Shown here one piece after another: positions 17,552 to 27,013 of a DNA stretch of 64,000 bases. Both the position numbers and the translations under genes were made by a program. The stretch's first letter is position 1. Each line of letters opens with the position of its first letter. The notes under the pieces were generated by a model that saw only the letters and a program-made list of their open reading frames with translations, had not been told where the DNA came from and searched no databases. Origin of the DNA: an uncultured virus (IMG/VR IMGVR_UViG_3300020194_001970) (Duplodnaviria > Heunggongvirae > Uroviricota > Caudoviricetes); IMG/VR virus record IMGVR_UViG_3300020194_001970; one strand, given 5' to 3'.

Positions 17552-19636
17552 GTGAAAGAAAAAAGAAAGTATACAAAAAGATCAGATTACTGGAATCAAT
17601 TTACTCAGCACGATAAACCTATAGAAGATTTATTAAAATTAAATCAATCGATAGAAACTCTACCAGAAACAGCTGGAGAAAGTTTTTATGTACAATCCTC
17701 AATAGCGAATTCAACAAACTCTGTTAACCGTAGAGTTCAATACGGAGATCATACAACATCCAGAAAAAACGCTATTCATAGGAATAATAAAGCTGAGAAA
17801 TACATAAACATTAGAAGCGGAATGCTTCCCTATGATTACTCTGGAGACGGAGTAAATGTTCGAGATGCGATAGAGCTTTGCCAAAAAGCTTATGCTAATA
17901 TCGCAATATTTAGAAATGCTATCGACATTATGGCTGAATTCTCTAATTCTCCAATATACCTAGAGGGAGAAAATGATAGGTCTAAAAAATTCATCGAAGG
18001 ATGGATGAAAAAAATAGGGATATGGAAACTAAAGGATCAATACTTCAGGGAGTATTATCGATCTGGAAACATTTTCTTTTATAGGGTAGACGGTAAATTC
18101 TCAAACGATGACTTATTGAAGATGAATTACGTTTATGCATCTTCTCAGACATTAAAGCCTGGAGAAATACCAGTAAGATATATGCTTTTAAATCCATATG
18201 ATATCGTTACAGATAAAGCTACCGCATTTCAAGATGGCATATATAAAAAAGTATTATCCGATTACGAACTAGAAAGATTAAGAGATCCAAAAACAGAAGA
18301 AGATAAAAAAGTATTTGATTCATTGGACCCTGAAACAAAAAAGAAAATTAAAGAAGGTTCGTTTACTAGAGACGGAATTAAAATCGAATTAGATTCAGAA
18401 AAATTAATTTATTCATTTTACAAAAAACAAGATTATGAACCTTTTGCTATTCCTTTTGGGTTTCCTGTATTGGATGATATCAATTGGAAGTTAGAGTTAA
18501 AGAAGATTGATCAAGCTATTTGTAGAACTGTAGAGAATGTAATACTTTTAATTACAATGGGAGCTGAGCCAGATAAAGGCGGAGTAAACCCAAATAATTT
18601 AAAAGCCATGCAGGAGCTATTTAAAAATGAAAGTGTTGGTCGTGCTTTAATTGCAGATTATACTACAAAAGCTCAATTTGTTATTCCTGATCTTAACAAA
18701 GTTCTTGGCTCTGAGAAATATAAGATTGTTAACGAAGATATTAAAGAAGGACTACAAAATATCATTGTTGGTAGCGAGAAGTTTTCTAACACACAAGTTA
18801 AAGCAGAAATATTTTTAGAAAGATTAAAAGAATCGCGTAATGCATTTTTGAATGATTTCTTGCAGCCACAAATCAAGGAAGTTTGTCGCAACATGGGATT
18901 AAAGTCTTATCCTATAGCCAAGTTTGAAGAAATTGATATTAAAGATGAAGTTCAATTTCATAGAGTTATTACTCGACTATTGGAAATCGGAATACTTACT
19001 CCAGAGCAAGGCATCAAGTCGATGCAAACTGGATTGTATCCAAATCCGCGCGAACTATCTCAAGTACAAGAAGCTTATATCGAACAGCGAGAGAAAGGTT
19101 ACTACAATCCATTGGTTGGTGGTATACCTATGATCGAAAGCGTTCAGTCTGAAAAAGATAGAGAGATTGCAGAAGAGCAACTTGAAATTCAAAAAGAAGG
19201 AGTCGAGAATCAAAAGCAAGCTGTTCAGCAAAAAAGCAAAGAAACTCAAAATCAAACACAGAAATCTCCTGGTCGCCCAAATGGAACAAGTAAAATTCCA
19301 TTACAAGCTGCAGATTTTTATGGAAAAGATAATGTTCAAAAAACAATATATGATATAGAAGATTTACAATCTTATGCTATTGCTAATTTCCAAAAACATA
19401 AAAATTTAAAAGAATTGAATGATGGTCATAAAGATTTAATTGTGAAATTGTGCGAATCAGTCGTTTGCTCAAAAGAACAAAATCAATGGAAAAAGACTTT
19501 ATTATCTTGTGTGAAGAATATAAATAATATTGAGAAATTAGATATTATGCCCGACATATTAGAGATATCTGCAAAGCATGAATTATCTGATTATCCTTCA
19601 GCTATATTATATCATAGTAAAAATCACAAAAAATAG
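17552..19636 (+). CDS. Portal protein
   Basis: 694 aa directly after terL; AY.N.AIFRNAIDIMAEF and REYYRSGN.F.Y portal-like segments; C-terminal low-complexity GRP tail. Confidence 0.75.
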   Translation: MKEKRKYTKRSDYWNQFTQHDKPIEDLLKLNQSIETLPETAGESFYVQSSIANSTNSVNRRVQYGDHTTSRKNAIHRNNKAEKYINIRSGMLPYDYSGDGVNVRDAIELCQKAYANIAIFRNAIDIMAEFSNSPIYLEGENDRSKKFIEGWMKKIGIWKLKDQYFREYYRSGNIFFYRVDGKFSNDDLLKMNYVYASSQTLKPGEIPVRYMLLNPYDIVTDKATAFQDGIYKKVLSDYELERLRDPKTEEDKKVFDSLDPETKKKIKEGSFTRDGIKIELDSEKLIYSFYKKQDYEPFAIPFGFPVLDDINWKLELKKIDQAICRTVENVILLITMGAEPDKGGVNPNNLKAMQELFKNESVGRALIADYTTKAQFVIPDLNKVLGSEKYKIVNEDIKEGLQNIIVGSEKFSNTQVKAEIFLERLKESRNAFLNDFLQPQIKEVCRNMGLKSYPIAKFEEIDIKDEVQFHRVITRLLEIGILTPEQGIKSMQTGLYPNPRELSQVQEAYIEQREKGYYNPLVGGIPMIESVQSEKDREIAEEQLEIQKEGVENQKQAVQQKSKETQNQTQKSPGRPNGTSKIPLQAADFYGKDNVQKTIYDIEDLQSYAIANFQKHKNLKELNDGHKDLIVKLCESVVCSKEQNQWKKTLLSCVKNINNIEKLDIMPDILEISAKHELSDYPSAILYHSKNHKK

Positions 19637-19640
19637 TGTA
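19636..19640 (+). promoter_or_regulatory. GTGTA motif, 10 nt before ATG
   Basis: aataGTGTActtataatacATG. Confidence 0.55.
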
Positions 19641-19650
19641 CTTATAATAC

Positions 19651-21180
19651 ATGAGTCAAAAATTTAAATACACTACAAACTTTTCTAATGTAATTTTAGC
19701 TTCTGGAGATATTGATTCTCCTGACCTTAATATCAGCAAGGCATCTCTCGACTCATTAAAAACTATTATACCTAGCGATGTAGATCTTGAAAAGAATATG
19801 GATTTACTCGCAGTAGCATTTAATGGAGCTGTAGTTAATTCATTTAACAAGAATGGTGACGGAATTGATGCGAAGTCTGCAGTACGTATTCTTGATCAAT
19901 TTAAACACAAGCCCACAAACATTGAGCATCAAAAGCAAAAAGTAGTTGGACACATTGTATCTGCTGGATTTTCCAGCTTTATGGACAATGAGTTATTATC
20001 TCCAGAAGAAGTGGAAGATATGGACGAGCCATTTAATATTGCTCTTGCATCACTTATATATAGAACAGTTAATCCACAGTTTGCAAATCTTGTAGAACAG
20101 TCTGTTGACCCGGAAAGCGAATTTTATCATCAAGTATCAGCCAGCTGGGAAATTGGATTCAATGATTTTGTATTAGCTGTTGGCAGTAATGACTTAAAAA
20201 ATGCTGAAATCATAAATGATGAAAATATGATTGATGAACTAAAAGGTAATTTAAAAGCTCTTGGAGGAGAAGGAAAAATGAAAGATGGCTCTCCAATTCA
20301 CCGATTAATTGTAGGAGAAATTTTTCCACTGGGAATTGGCTTTACATCGAATCCAGCCGCTAATGTAAAGGGATTAACAGTTAGTTCAAAAACAGAACAA
20401 GCACCAACTACAGAAAAAAAGGAAAAAAATATTTCACAAAACATCAATTCTGATGTAAATAACAAAAAAAGTATTATTATGGACAATAACGAAATTTTAA
20501 ATAATCTAGTGTCAGCCCTAGAAGAAAAAGTTTCTGAAAAGAAATTTTCTGAAGAGGCAGTGGCTACTGTATCTAAAATTATTAATGACGCAATTCTTGA
20601 GCGTAACGAATCTTTCGTTCAAGAAAAAGAGCAACTTGAGACTGAAAAAGCTGAGTTGGCTAAAGCTGCAGAACAAAATGCAGAAGAAGTCAAAAAGCTT
20701 CGTGAAGAACTCACAGCTGCTACTGACCGTGTTACAGAATTAGAGCAGCAGCATAAACAACAAGAGGCAGTTGCTCGTTTTGATGCGAGAATGTCCGTAA
20801 TCGAAGATGCATACGAGCTCGACGAAGAAAGCCGCAAGGTTGTCGCTCACGAGCTTAAAGATCTTGATGAATCTGAAGAAGCTTTCGCAAGCTTCCAAGA
20901 AAAACTTCAAGTTGTACTTAAGCATCAAAATAAAGAATTTATCGCTAAGCAAGAAGAAGAATTCAATGCTAAGCTCGCCGAAGCAGTTGAGAAACGTTTG
21001 GCAGAACTTAAAAGCAGTGATTCTTCTGAGGAAGAAGTTGTTGAAGAAGCAATGGATAAGGTGGAAGCCGAAGAAGAAGTTGTTGCTAACAATAATGCAG
21101 AATCCTCAGAACAAGAGCTTTCCCTGAAGCAAAAATTTGAAAAAGCTTTCTCGGAAGACAATTTAACCATAAACTACTAA
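19651..21180 (+). CDS. Prohead protease fused to scaffold (acidic coiled-coil C-terminal half)
   Basis: NKNGD...P.NIEH...VGHI...SASWE...GIGFT.NPA protease-like motifs; Glu/Lys-rich coiled coil from about aa 277; lies between portal and capsid genes. Confidence 0.7.
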   Translation: MSQKFKYTTNFSNVILASGDIDSPDLNISKASLDSLKTIIPSDVDLEKNMDLLAVAFNGAVVNSFNKNGDGIDAKSAVRILDQFKHKPTNIEHQKQKVVGHIVSAGFSSFMDNELLSPEEVEDMDEPFNIALASLIYRTVNPQFANLVEQSVDPESEFYHQVSASWEIGFNDFVLAVGSNDLKNAEIINDENMIDELKGNLKALGGEGKMKDGSPIHRLIVGEIFPLGIGFTSNPAANVKGLTVSSKTEQAPTTEKKEKNISQNINSDVNNKKSIIMDNNEILNNLVSALEEKVSEKKFSEEAVATVSKIINDAILERNESFVQEKEQLETEKAELAKAAEQNAEEVKKLREELTAATDRVTELEQQHKQQEAVARFDARMSVIEDAYELDEESRKVVAHELKDLDESEEAFASFQEKLQVVLKHQNKEFIAKQEEEFNAKLAEAVEKRLAELKSSDSSEEEVVEEAMDKVEAEEEVVANNNAESSEQELSLKQKFEKAFSEDNLTINY

Positions 21181-21199
21181 AATAAAGGAATAAAATAAA

Positions 21200-21907
21200 A
21201 TGGCTATTAGACTATTACCGTTTCGTGATTACGATGAACATGATGTCGTAAATCTATTCAAAAGTGCTGGAACTCTCGAACAATTTATCGATCTTTCCCA
21301 TGCTGATCGCCGCTCAACCCCTCGAGGTGATGCTGGTGTATTCGTAAAAGTTTCGAATGGCTCTCTCAATGCAGAGGGTACAAGTTGGGATCCAATTGAT
21401 ATCGATGCTAAAACTGGAGCAAATTCTCTGCTTGGAAAAACTGATTATCCAAATGTTGCAAAGAATTTTTATCCAGAAGCAACACTGAGCTTTGCTCCTC
21501 TTGCTGGGCCAGAAGATGAGTGTATTGGAATTACACTTCGTCAAACTGTTGCTCGTGACGAGCTTGGCGAAAACCTTCTTTACAATCAAGTCAAGAAAGA
21601 CGAACTTTTTGGAGTTCTTCCTGGTGAAGTTGTACCTGTTCTTTCGAAGGGTATGATCTCTATTACTGCTGACGCTTTTGCAGATGGTACTGTTGGTACA
21701 GCTGGACAAGTTCTTATTGGAGCAGCTGACGGACAAGTTGCAGCTGTAGCACGTTCTGCTGTTGAAGCTGGTCAAAAAATCCTTGGAACCGTTCTTGCGG
21801 CTGGTTATCGTGATGATCATGCTGGAGCTCTTGGTGGAACCAATGTATTTGGTGATGCAGGATTAATGAAAGGTGGTTACGCTATCGTAAAAATCGATTG
21901 TGCATAA
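21200..21907 (+). CDS. Head decoration/cement protein
   Basis: Gly/Ala-rich beta protein directly before the major capsid gene; AAGGA RBS. Confidence 0.55.
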   Translation: MAIRLLPFRDYDEHDVVNLFKSAGTLEQFIDLSHADRRSTPRGDAGVFVKVSNGSLNAEGTSWDPIDIDAKTGANSLLGKTDYPNVAKNFYPEATLSFAPLAGPEDECIGITLRQTVARDELGENLLYNQVKKDELFGVLPGEVVPVLSKGMISITADAFADGTVGTAGQVLIGAADGQVAAVARSAVEAGQKILGTVLAAGYRDDHAGALGGTNVFGDAGLMKGGYAIVKIDCA

Positions 21908-21935
21908 TCTTTAATAAAGAAAGGTAAAATTTAAA

Positions 21936-23069
21936 ATGAAAATTACATTAAAAAGAACACCCGAACAAATTGAGCTCGTTAAAGCAATGGCTTCTAAAAA
22001 CCGCGATGTCGCGTATGAAGCTCAAGTTGCATTAGCAGAATTTATTGGACCTGTATTGGCTAAGGTTATTAACCAAGCTCCTACACTCAGTAACTTATTC
22101 TCAAATTTTGCGTTTAGTGCCGATGAAAGCCCCAGTATCCCAATGGATCTCTACTATGACATCACTGATGAAGATTATGTCACTGTTTGGAGTCAAGCTG
22201 TACCTGGAGGTCTTCCTACTAACACAGTAACACCTATCGGTGGTGAAATGAAATTCACAACCTATCGTCTTGATAGTGCTGTTGATTTCGATAAGCGTTA
22301 TGCTCAACGCTCCCGTATGGACGTTATTAGTAAGTCTTTCTCTCGTGTTGCTCAAGAAATTCTTCTCAAGCAAGAGCGTAACTCTGCCACTCTTCTTCTT
22401 GGAGCTTTGGCTGAGGCTAAAACAAAAGGACGTAACCATGTAATCAAAGCCGCTAACAGTGGACGTTTGATCCTTGACGACTTTAATCGTCTTCTTACAC
22501 TTGGTAAACGAATCAATACTGCTTGGACTGGTGGTACACCTGAAGGTGGTATCGGAGGTCGTGGAGTAACCGATCTTATCGTTTCTCCAGAAGTTGTACA
22601 AGGTCTTCGTGAAATGGCTTACAACCCAATTAACACCAAGGGTACTAAAACTGATATCGTTGCTACTGATAGCATGCGTGAAGCTGTATACTCTAATGGC
22701 GGAATTCCTGAATTCTATGGTATTAACATCATGGAACTTCAAGAAATGGGTAAAGGGCAACGCTTCAATACTTTGTTTGCTACCCTTGTCGATGGTAAAG
22801 ATAATGACATTGGTTTTAAAAGCGACGAAGGAACACCTGAAGTATTCACATTTGGTGATACTAATGATTCCGAAATTATCATTGGTCTCGACAAGCGTGT
22901 TGAGTCTATGCTTCGTGCAGTTGCTACCGATTCTGAAACTGGTTCCGAGTTCTCCTTGATTGCTGATGACCAATACAGTGTTCGTCAGTCCAAGATTGGA
23001 TACTATGGTTCTATCGAAGAAGGTCGCATGATCCTCGACAACCGAGCCCTCTTTGGACTTGTAGTGTAA
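21936..23069 (+). CDS. Major capsid protein
   Basis: 377 aa, synteny, TDLIVSPE...YGINI.E HK97-fold-like segments, AAAGG RBS, followed by a terminator. Confidence 0.8.
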   Translation: MKITLKRTPEQIELVKAMASKNRDVAYEAQVALAEFIGPVLAKVINQAPTLSNLFSNFAFSADESPSIPMDLYYDITDEDYVTVWSQAVPGGLPTNTVTPIGGEMKFTTYRLDSAVDFDKRYAQRSRMDVISKSFSRVAQEILLKQERNSATLLLGALAEAKTKGRNHVIKAANSGRLILDDFNRLLTLGKRINTAWTGGTPEGGIGGRGVTDLIVSPEVVQGLREMAYNPINTKGTKTDIVATDSMREAVYSNGGIPEFYGINIMELQEMGKGQRFNTLFATLVDGKDNDIGFKSDEGTPEVFTFGDTNDSEIIIGLDKRVESMLRAVATDSETGSEFSLIADDQYSVRQSKIGYYGSIEEGRMILDNRALFGLVV

Positions 23070-23095
23070 GATATTGTTCTACAATATTCTTTATC

Positions 23096-23124
23096 AAAAA
23101 ATCCACCTTTATGGTGGATTTTTT
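23096..23124. terminator. Intrinsic (probably bidirectional) terminator after the capsid gene
   Basis: AAAAAATCCACC-TTTAT-GGTGGATTTTTT inverted repeat with A and T tracts. Confidence 0.85.
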
Positions 23125-23144
23125 GTTTATTAGAGTTATTATAT

Positions 23145-23149
23145 GTGTA
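23145..23149 (+). promoter_or_regulatory. GTGTA motif followed by a short leader with AAGGA RBS
   Basis: Just after the terminator; 24 nt to ATG 23174. Confidence 0.5.
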
Positions 23150-23173
23150 TACAATTTTAAATAAGGAATTATT

Positions 23174-23557
23174 ATGGCCACAAATAAAAGAAAAACAACC
23201 AAAAAAACAACAAAGAAACCTATGCAATATGCAGACGGAAAAATTGCAGACAACCGTCAAGATCTAGCTAAAACTGTAGAAGAACTAATGGGAATTAAAA
23301 GTAGAGACCCATTCAAGTTAGCTAGTGGAGAACGTTTCGACGAAGCTGTAGCTAGCATGAGTTTATCTCAACTTCAAGAAATAGCAGTTGAAGCTGGAGT
23401 ATTTCCATCTGGAACGAAAACCACATTAAAAAACAAATTAATGAAAGAGTACGAAAACCGTACTTATGGTAGATATGGAGCAAGTACTCAAAGCAAGCCT
23501 ATTGTTGATCCAAATTCACAAAAAGCTAAGGATATCCTTAGAATTATCAACGAATAA
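23174..23557 (+). CDS. Small basic protein with SAP/HeH-like motif
   Basis: SMSLSQLQEIAVEAGVFPSGTKTTLKNKL resembles the SAP helix-extension-helix. Confidence 0.5.
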   Translation: MATNKRKTTKKTTKKPMQYADGKIADNRQDLAKTVEELMGIKSRDPFKLASGERFDEAVASMSLSQLQEIAVEAGVFPSGTKTTLKNKLMKEYENRTYGRYGASTQSKPIVDPNSQKAKDILRIINE

Positions 23558-24510
23558 TGAATCAGCTGGGCGAGCTTGCATATCATATCTGGGATATTGA
23601 ATTCGGGGATCATAGTACCGCTCTCGAAAGAGAGCGAAATGCTCTATTAATTTCTGGATATTTAGAAGCCAATATAGGGCAATTAAATACATTAATTAAT
23701 ACCGACTTCTATGTTAACAAGGAGCAAGATTCAGTGGTTCCTGAATTAAAGTATGAGGAGAAAGCTATATTCACTCAATTATACTTAAAGGATTATATGA
23801 ACAAGCAGGCTCGCAACATACTAAGAAATGCGGCAGCTAGCTCATCTACAGCATCTACTCAAAATTCTAGTATCACAACTACAACTGATGGAGTAACAGA
23901 CTGGATTGAGTTAAGAGAAGGCGATACATCTATTCGTAGATCAGTCGCTACATCAACGAGTAAAAATACATCCGCACAGATATTTCAAAAATCTGCAGCA
24001 GAAGCTAATCAATTACTTAAAGAGTTAGTTCATTCTTATAATATGTATGGATCAGTACCACTACAAGTTGCTGGAATTGATGGTGGAGAAGTTGAAAGTA
24101 CATACGTAAGATCTCACGAACCAAACTTAACAAAAGAACTTGATAAATTGAAGACTCAGTTTAAATTGCTGAGTGAAGCATTTGTGAAAACTAATGAATC
24201 CAACCAAGAAGAGCTTAATAATATTAGAAATCAAATCACATCTCAAGCTATAGAAGGATTTGCTAAAACTATACCAATACCCAAAGATAGCGAAGATTTA
24301 TTCGTTGATTGGTCTACAGAATTCTTTCCTCCATTTACTCCTACCGTACTAGCTACACTAAGAAGTTTAGATGCGGAAGATCCAATTATTGCATACAGAA
24401 TTGAAGGTGGAGTATCTCTAGGAGGCGTACGGTTTGCATTTTCATCAAAAATACCTAGTCACTCATACGCTTTAGAAGTCGCCGCATTTATTATAGATAA
24501 TAGTGATTAA
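23557..24510 (+). CDS. Putative head-tail adaptor fused to a C-terminal domain shared with the two coiled-coil fibres
   Basis: Synteny after capsid; W.ELREGD.SI.R beta hairpin; C-terminal F.P.V..TL.....DPII......S.....F.FS..IPS..Y...V.A. Confidence 0.45.
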   Translation: MNQLGELAYHIWDIEFGDHSTALERERNALLISGYLEANIGQLNTLINTDFYVNKEQDSVVPELKYEEKAIFTQLYLKDYMNKQARNILRNAAASSSTASTQNSSITTTTDGVTDWIELREGDTSIRRSVATSTSKNTSAQIFQKSAAEANQLLKELVHSYNMYGSVPLQVAGIDGGEVESTYVRSHEPNLTKELDKLKTQFKLLSEAFVKTNESNQEELNNIRNQITSQAIEGFAKTIPIPKDSEDLFVDWSTEFFPPFTPTVLATLRSLDAEDPIIAYRIEGGVSLGGVRFAFSSKIPSHSYALEVAAFIIDNSD

Positions 24511-25163
24511 CCAGCAATTTGTTCGAATATTTTAAGCTGGCTATCAGGGTCAGCATAAAACCATTTGTACATTATATCTTTTTGCATGGTTGATATTTTA
24601 TCTTCCATTTTTTTAATTTCGCGCTCGATAGTATCTAGTAAATCAGGATTAATTTCTTGAATGTCTATATCTAGATCAAGTGCTACTTTTAGTATTTTAT
24701 TAAAATCGCCCGAGAGTTTTCCAGAAGTTGCTTGCTGGTAAAGTTCGGCGCGAGATTCTATTTCTTCTTCTGATAATCCAACTGTTTTGTCGGGATGTGT
24801 TTGTTTTACTATTTCTCTATATAGGTCTTTTACTTGTTTTTTGTCTTTTAGTTTTTGCTTTTGTTGTTCTGGTTCTTTTTTAAATGGGGGCTCGATTCCT
24901 TTGCGTGAACAATACTCAAACATTGTAGATATGAATGTTTGCTTTGCATGTTGGAAGATGTCAGAAATTTCTTCGTATTCTATATTGAGATAAGATATTT
25001 TGTGTTTTAGTTTTTCGAATTTTTTTGCGAGTAGCTTGCGGTATTCTTCTTCGTTTGCTTCAGTAGATAAATCGTCTTTGTGTATGAACTTTTTGTTTTC
25101 AGGAATATATGCCCCAAGTTCATCTTTCTTGTGTTTTTTGAATAAATCTGTCCAGTCTTCCAT
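24507..25163 (-). CDS. J-domain (DnaJ-like) co-chaperone
   Basis: VKDLYREIVKQTHPDK...AELYQQA: helix II-HPD-helix III pattern. Confidence 0.7.
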   Translation of the reverse strand: MEDWTDLFKKHKKDELGAYIPENKKFIHKDDLSTEANEEEYRKLLAKKFEKLKHKISYLNIEYEEISDIFQHAKQTFISTMFEYCSRKGIEPPFKKEPEQQKQKLKDKKQVKDLYREIVKQTHPDKTVGLSEEEIESRAELYQQATSGKLSGDFNKILKVALDLDIDIQEINPDLLDTIEREIKKMEDKISTMQKDIMYKWFYADPDSQLKIFEQIAG

Positions 25164-25172
25164 GATGATATT

Positions 25173-25177
25173 TACAC
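25173..25177 (-). promoter_or_regulatory. GTGTA motif, 9 nt before ATG
   Basis: Minus strand tatGTGTAaatatcatcATG, directly after a terminator. Confidence 0.6.
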
Positions 25178-25179
25178 AT

Positions 25180-25208
25180 AAAAAAGACGACCCCCGAAGG
25201 GGTCGTCT
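25180..25208 (-). terminator. Intrinsic terminator with cUUCGg tetraloop
   Basis: Minus strand AGACGACCCC-TTCG-GGGGTCGTCT followed by a T tract. Confidence 0.9.
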
Positions 25209-25232
25209 AGGTTAAGGGTTAAGATTAATCGA

Positions 25233-26126
25233 TTAAACAGATGCTAATACATCAATTTTATATCCTGTGGATGGAATTTCATCCGAGAACATAAATACTG
25301 CACTGCTGGTCGAAGGATTTCCGCTAAGTTGAATACCAATGATTGGATCATCAGCAATATAACTAGTAAGACTTCCTACAACTGCAGGAGCAGTAGTGAA
25401 ACCGACGCTACTATAGTTAATCGTTATAGATATAGAGTTTTCACTCACATCCTCTTGAACAGCATATACATCGTTAGTGCTAACTAACAGCGCTAAACTA
25501 TCGATGTCATCTTTTATTGCGGTTTTGTTATCGCTGTCTTGAGTATTCAAGCTAGATACATCAGTATCCAGAGCGGCAACATTACCAGCATGTAGGGTTG
25601 ACAAGCTATCGATGTCATCTGCTACTGCGGTTTTGTTATCGCTGTCTTGAGTATTCAAGCTTAATACATCAGCATCCAGAGCGGTAACATTACCAGCATG
25701 TAGAGTTGACAAGCTATCGATGTCATCTGCTACTGCGGTTTTGTTATCGCTGTCTTGAGTATTCAAGCTAGATACATCAGTATCCAGAGCGGCAACATTA
25801 CCAGCATGTAGGGTTGACAAGCTATCGATGTCATCTGCTACTGCGGTTTTGTTATCGCTGTCTTGAGTATTCAAGCTTAATACATCAGCATCCAGAGCGG
25901 TAACATTACCAGCATGTAGAGTTGACAAGCTATCGATGTCATCTGCTACTGCGGTTTTGTTATCGCTGTCTTGAGTATTCAAGCTGGATATATCAGATTC
26001 AATCGTAGAGCGACTAATTAATACGTTGGAGCCATCTGTAATTTCAAATGCTCCACTTTCACTAGACTCAATGCGAACTTGATCGCCGTTGAGTGCTAAT
26101 TTTTCGGTTGAGAATATTTTTGCCAT
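25233..26126 (-). CDS. Coiled-coil fibre/whisker protein
   Basis: 36-aa repeats SLNTQDSDNKTAVADDIDSLSTLHAGNV.ALD.DV; N- and C-terminal domains paralogous to 26167-26967. Confidence 0.6.
   Translation of the reverse strand: MAKIFSTEKLALNGDQVRIESSESGAFEITDGSNVLISRSTIESDISSLNTQDSDNKTAVADDIDSLSTLHAGNVTALDADVLSLNTQDSDNKTAVADDIDSLSTLHAGNVAALDTDVSSLNTQDSDNKTAVADDIDSLSTLHAGNVTALDADVLSLNTQDSDNKTAVADDIDSLSTLHAGNVAALDTDVSSLNTQDSDNKTAIKDDIDSLALLVSTNDVYAVQEDVSENSISITINYSSVGFTTAPAVVGSLTSYIADDPIIGIQLSGNPSTSSAVFMFSDEIPSTGYKIDVLASV
25496..25995 (-). repeat. 108-bp in-frame tandem repeat (~4.5 copies, alternating variants)
   Basis: gttttgttatcgctgtcttgagtattcaagct at 25522, 25630, 25738, 25846 and 25954. Confidence 0.95.
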
Positions 26127-26166
26127 ACCAATAATTTATTGTAGGTTAGGTACTATACTCAACCAA

Positions 26167-26967
26167 TTAGATAGACGCCAATACGTCGAATGTATAATTA
26201 TCCGAAGGAATTGAATCTGAGAATACAAACGTTGCGCTAGTTTTGCTAGGAGCCCCACTAAGCTGAACACCAATGATAGGATCATTAGCTCCTGTGCTTC
26301 TGAGAGTTCCAACAACTGCAGGTTCACTAGTGAATCCAGCACTAGTGTAATCTACATTGATAGATGCGATACCAGATTCCATTCCATCAGTGGATGTAAT
26401 ATTCTTGGCATATACATCATTTGTGCTAATTACACTAGCTAAGCTAGCGATATCGGCTTCAAGAGCACTTTTATTAGTAGCATCTTGAGTGTTAAGGCTA
26501 GCGATATCATCTTGAAGATCACTAACATTACCAGACTCAACTGTAGCTAAGCTACCGATGTCGGCATCAAGAGCACTTTTATTAGTAGCATCTTGAGTGT
26601 TAAGGCTAGCAACATCATCTTGAAGATCACTAACATTACCAGACTCAACTGTAGCTAAGCTACCGATGTCGGCATCAAGAGCACTTTTATTAGTAGCATC
26701 TTGAGTGTTAAGGCTAGCAACATCATCTTGAAGATCACTAACATTACCAGACTCAACTGTAGCTAAGCTACCGATGTCGGCATCAAGAGCACTTTTATTA
26801 GTAGCATCTTGAGTGTTAAGGCTAGCAACATCACCTTCAATTGTAGCACGACTAATTAGTACATTGTCATTAGCGTCTGTAATTTCAAACGCTCCAGCTG
26901 TACTCGACTTAATGCGGATACTATCCTCATTAATTGATAATTTCTCGGTTGAGAATATCTTTGCCAT
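26167..26967 (-). CDS. Coiled-coil fibre/whisker protein (paralog)
   Basis: MAKIFSTEKL start shared with its neighbour; 36-aa repeats SLNTQDATNKSALDADIGSLATVESGNVSDLQDDVA. Confidence 0.6.
   Translation of the reverse strand: MAKIFSTEKLSINEDSIRIKSSTAGAFEITDANDNVLISRATIEGDVASLNTQDATNKSALDADIGSLATVESGNVSDLQDDVASLNTQDATNKSALDADIGSLATVESGNVSDLQDDVASLNTQDATNKSALDADIGSLATVESGNVSDLQDDIASLNTQDATNKSALEADIASLASVISTNDVYAKNITSTDGMESGIASINVDYTSAGFTSEPAVVGTLRSTGANDPIIGVQLSGAPSKTSATFVFSDSIPSDNYTFDVLASI
26440..26835 (-). repeat. 108-bp in-frame tandem repeat (~3.5 copies)
   Basis: gcacttttattagtagcatcttgagtgttaaggctagc at 26465, 26573, 26681 and 26789. Confidence 0.95.
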
Positions 26968-27013
26968 ACCTTTATGTACAGCTAATTATCTATTTTGTGA
27001 AATTTTTTTTTGA

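Noticed and set aside
22101..22973. 290-aa antisense ORF over the capsid gene
   Set aside because: Shadow ORF expected from codon bias of the sense gene; no recognisable motifs or expression signals.
23064..23068. GTGTA at the capsid stop codon (and at 2267-2271)
   Set aside because: Both lie in coding sequence without a start at the usual distance, and the first is upstream of a terminator; likely chance.
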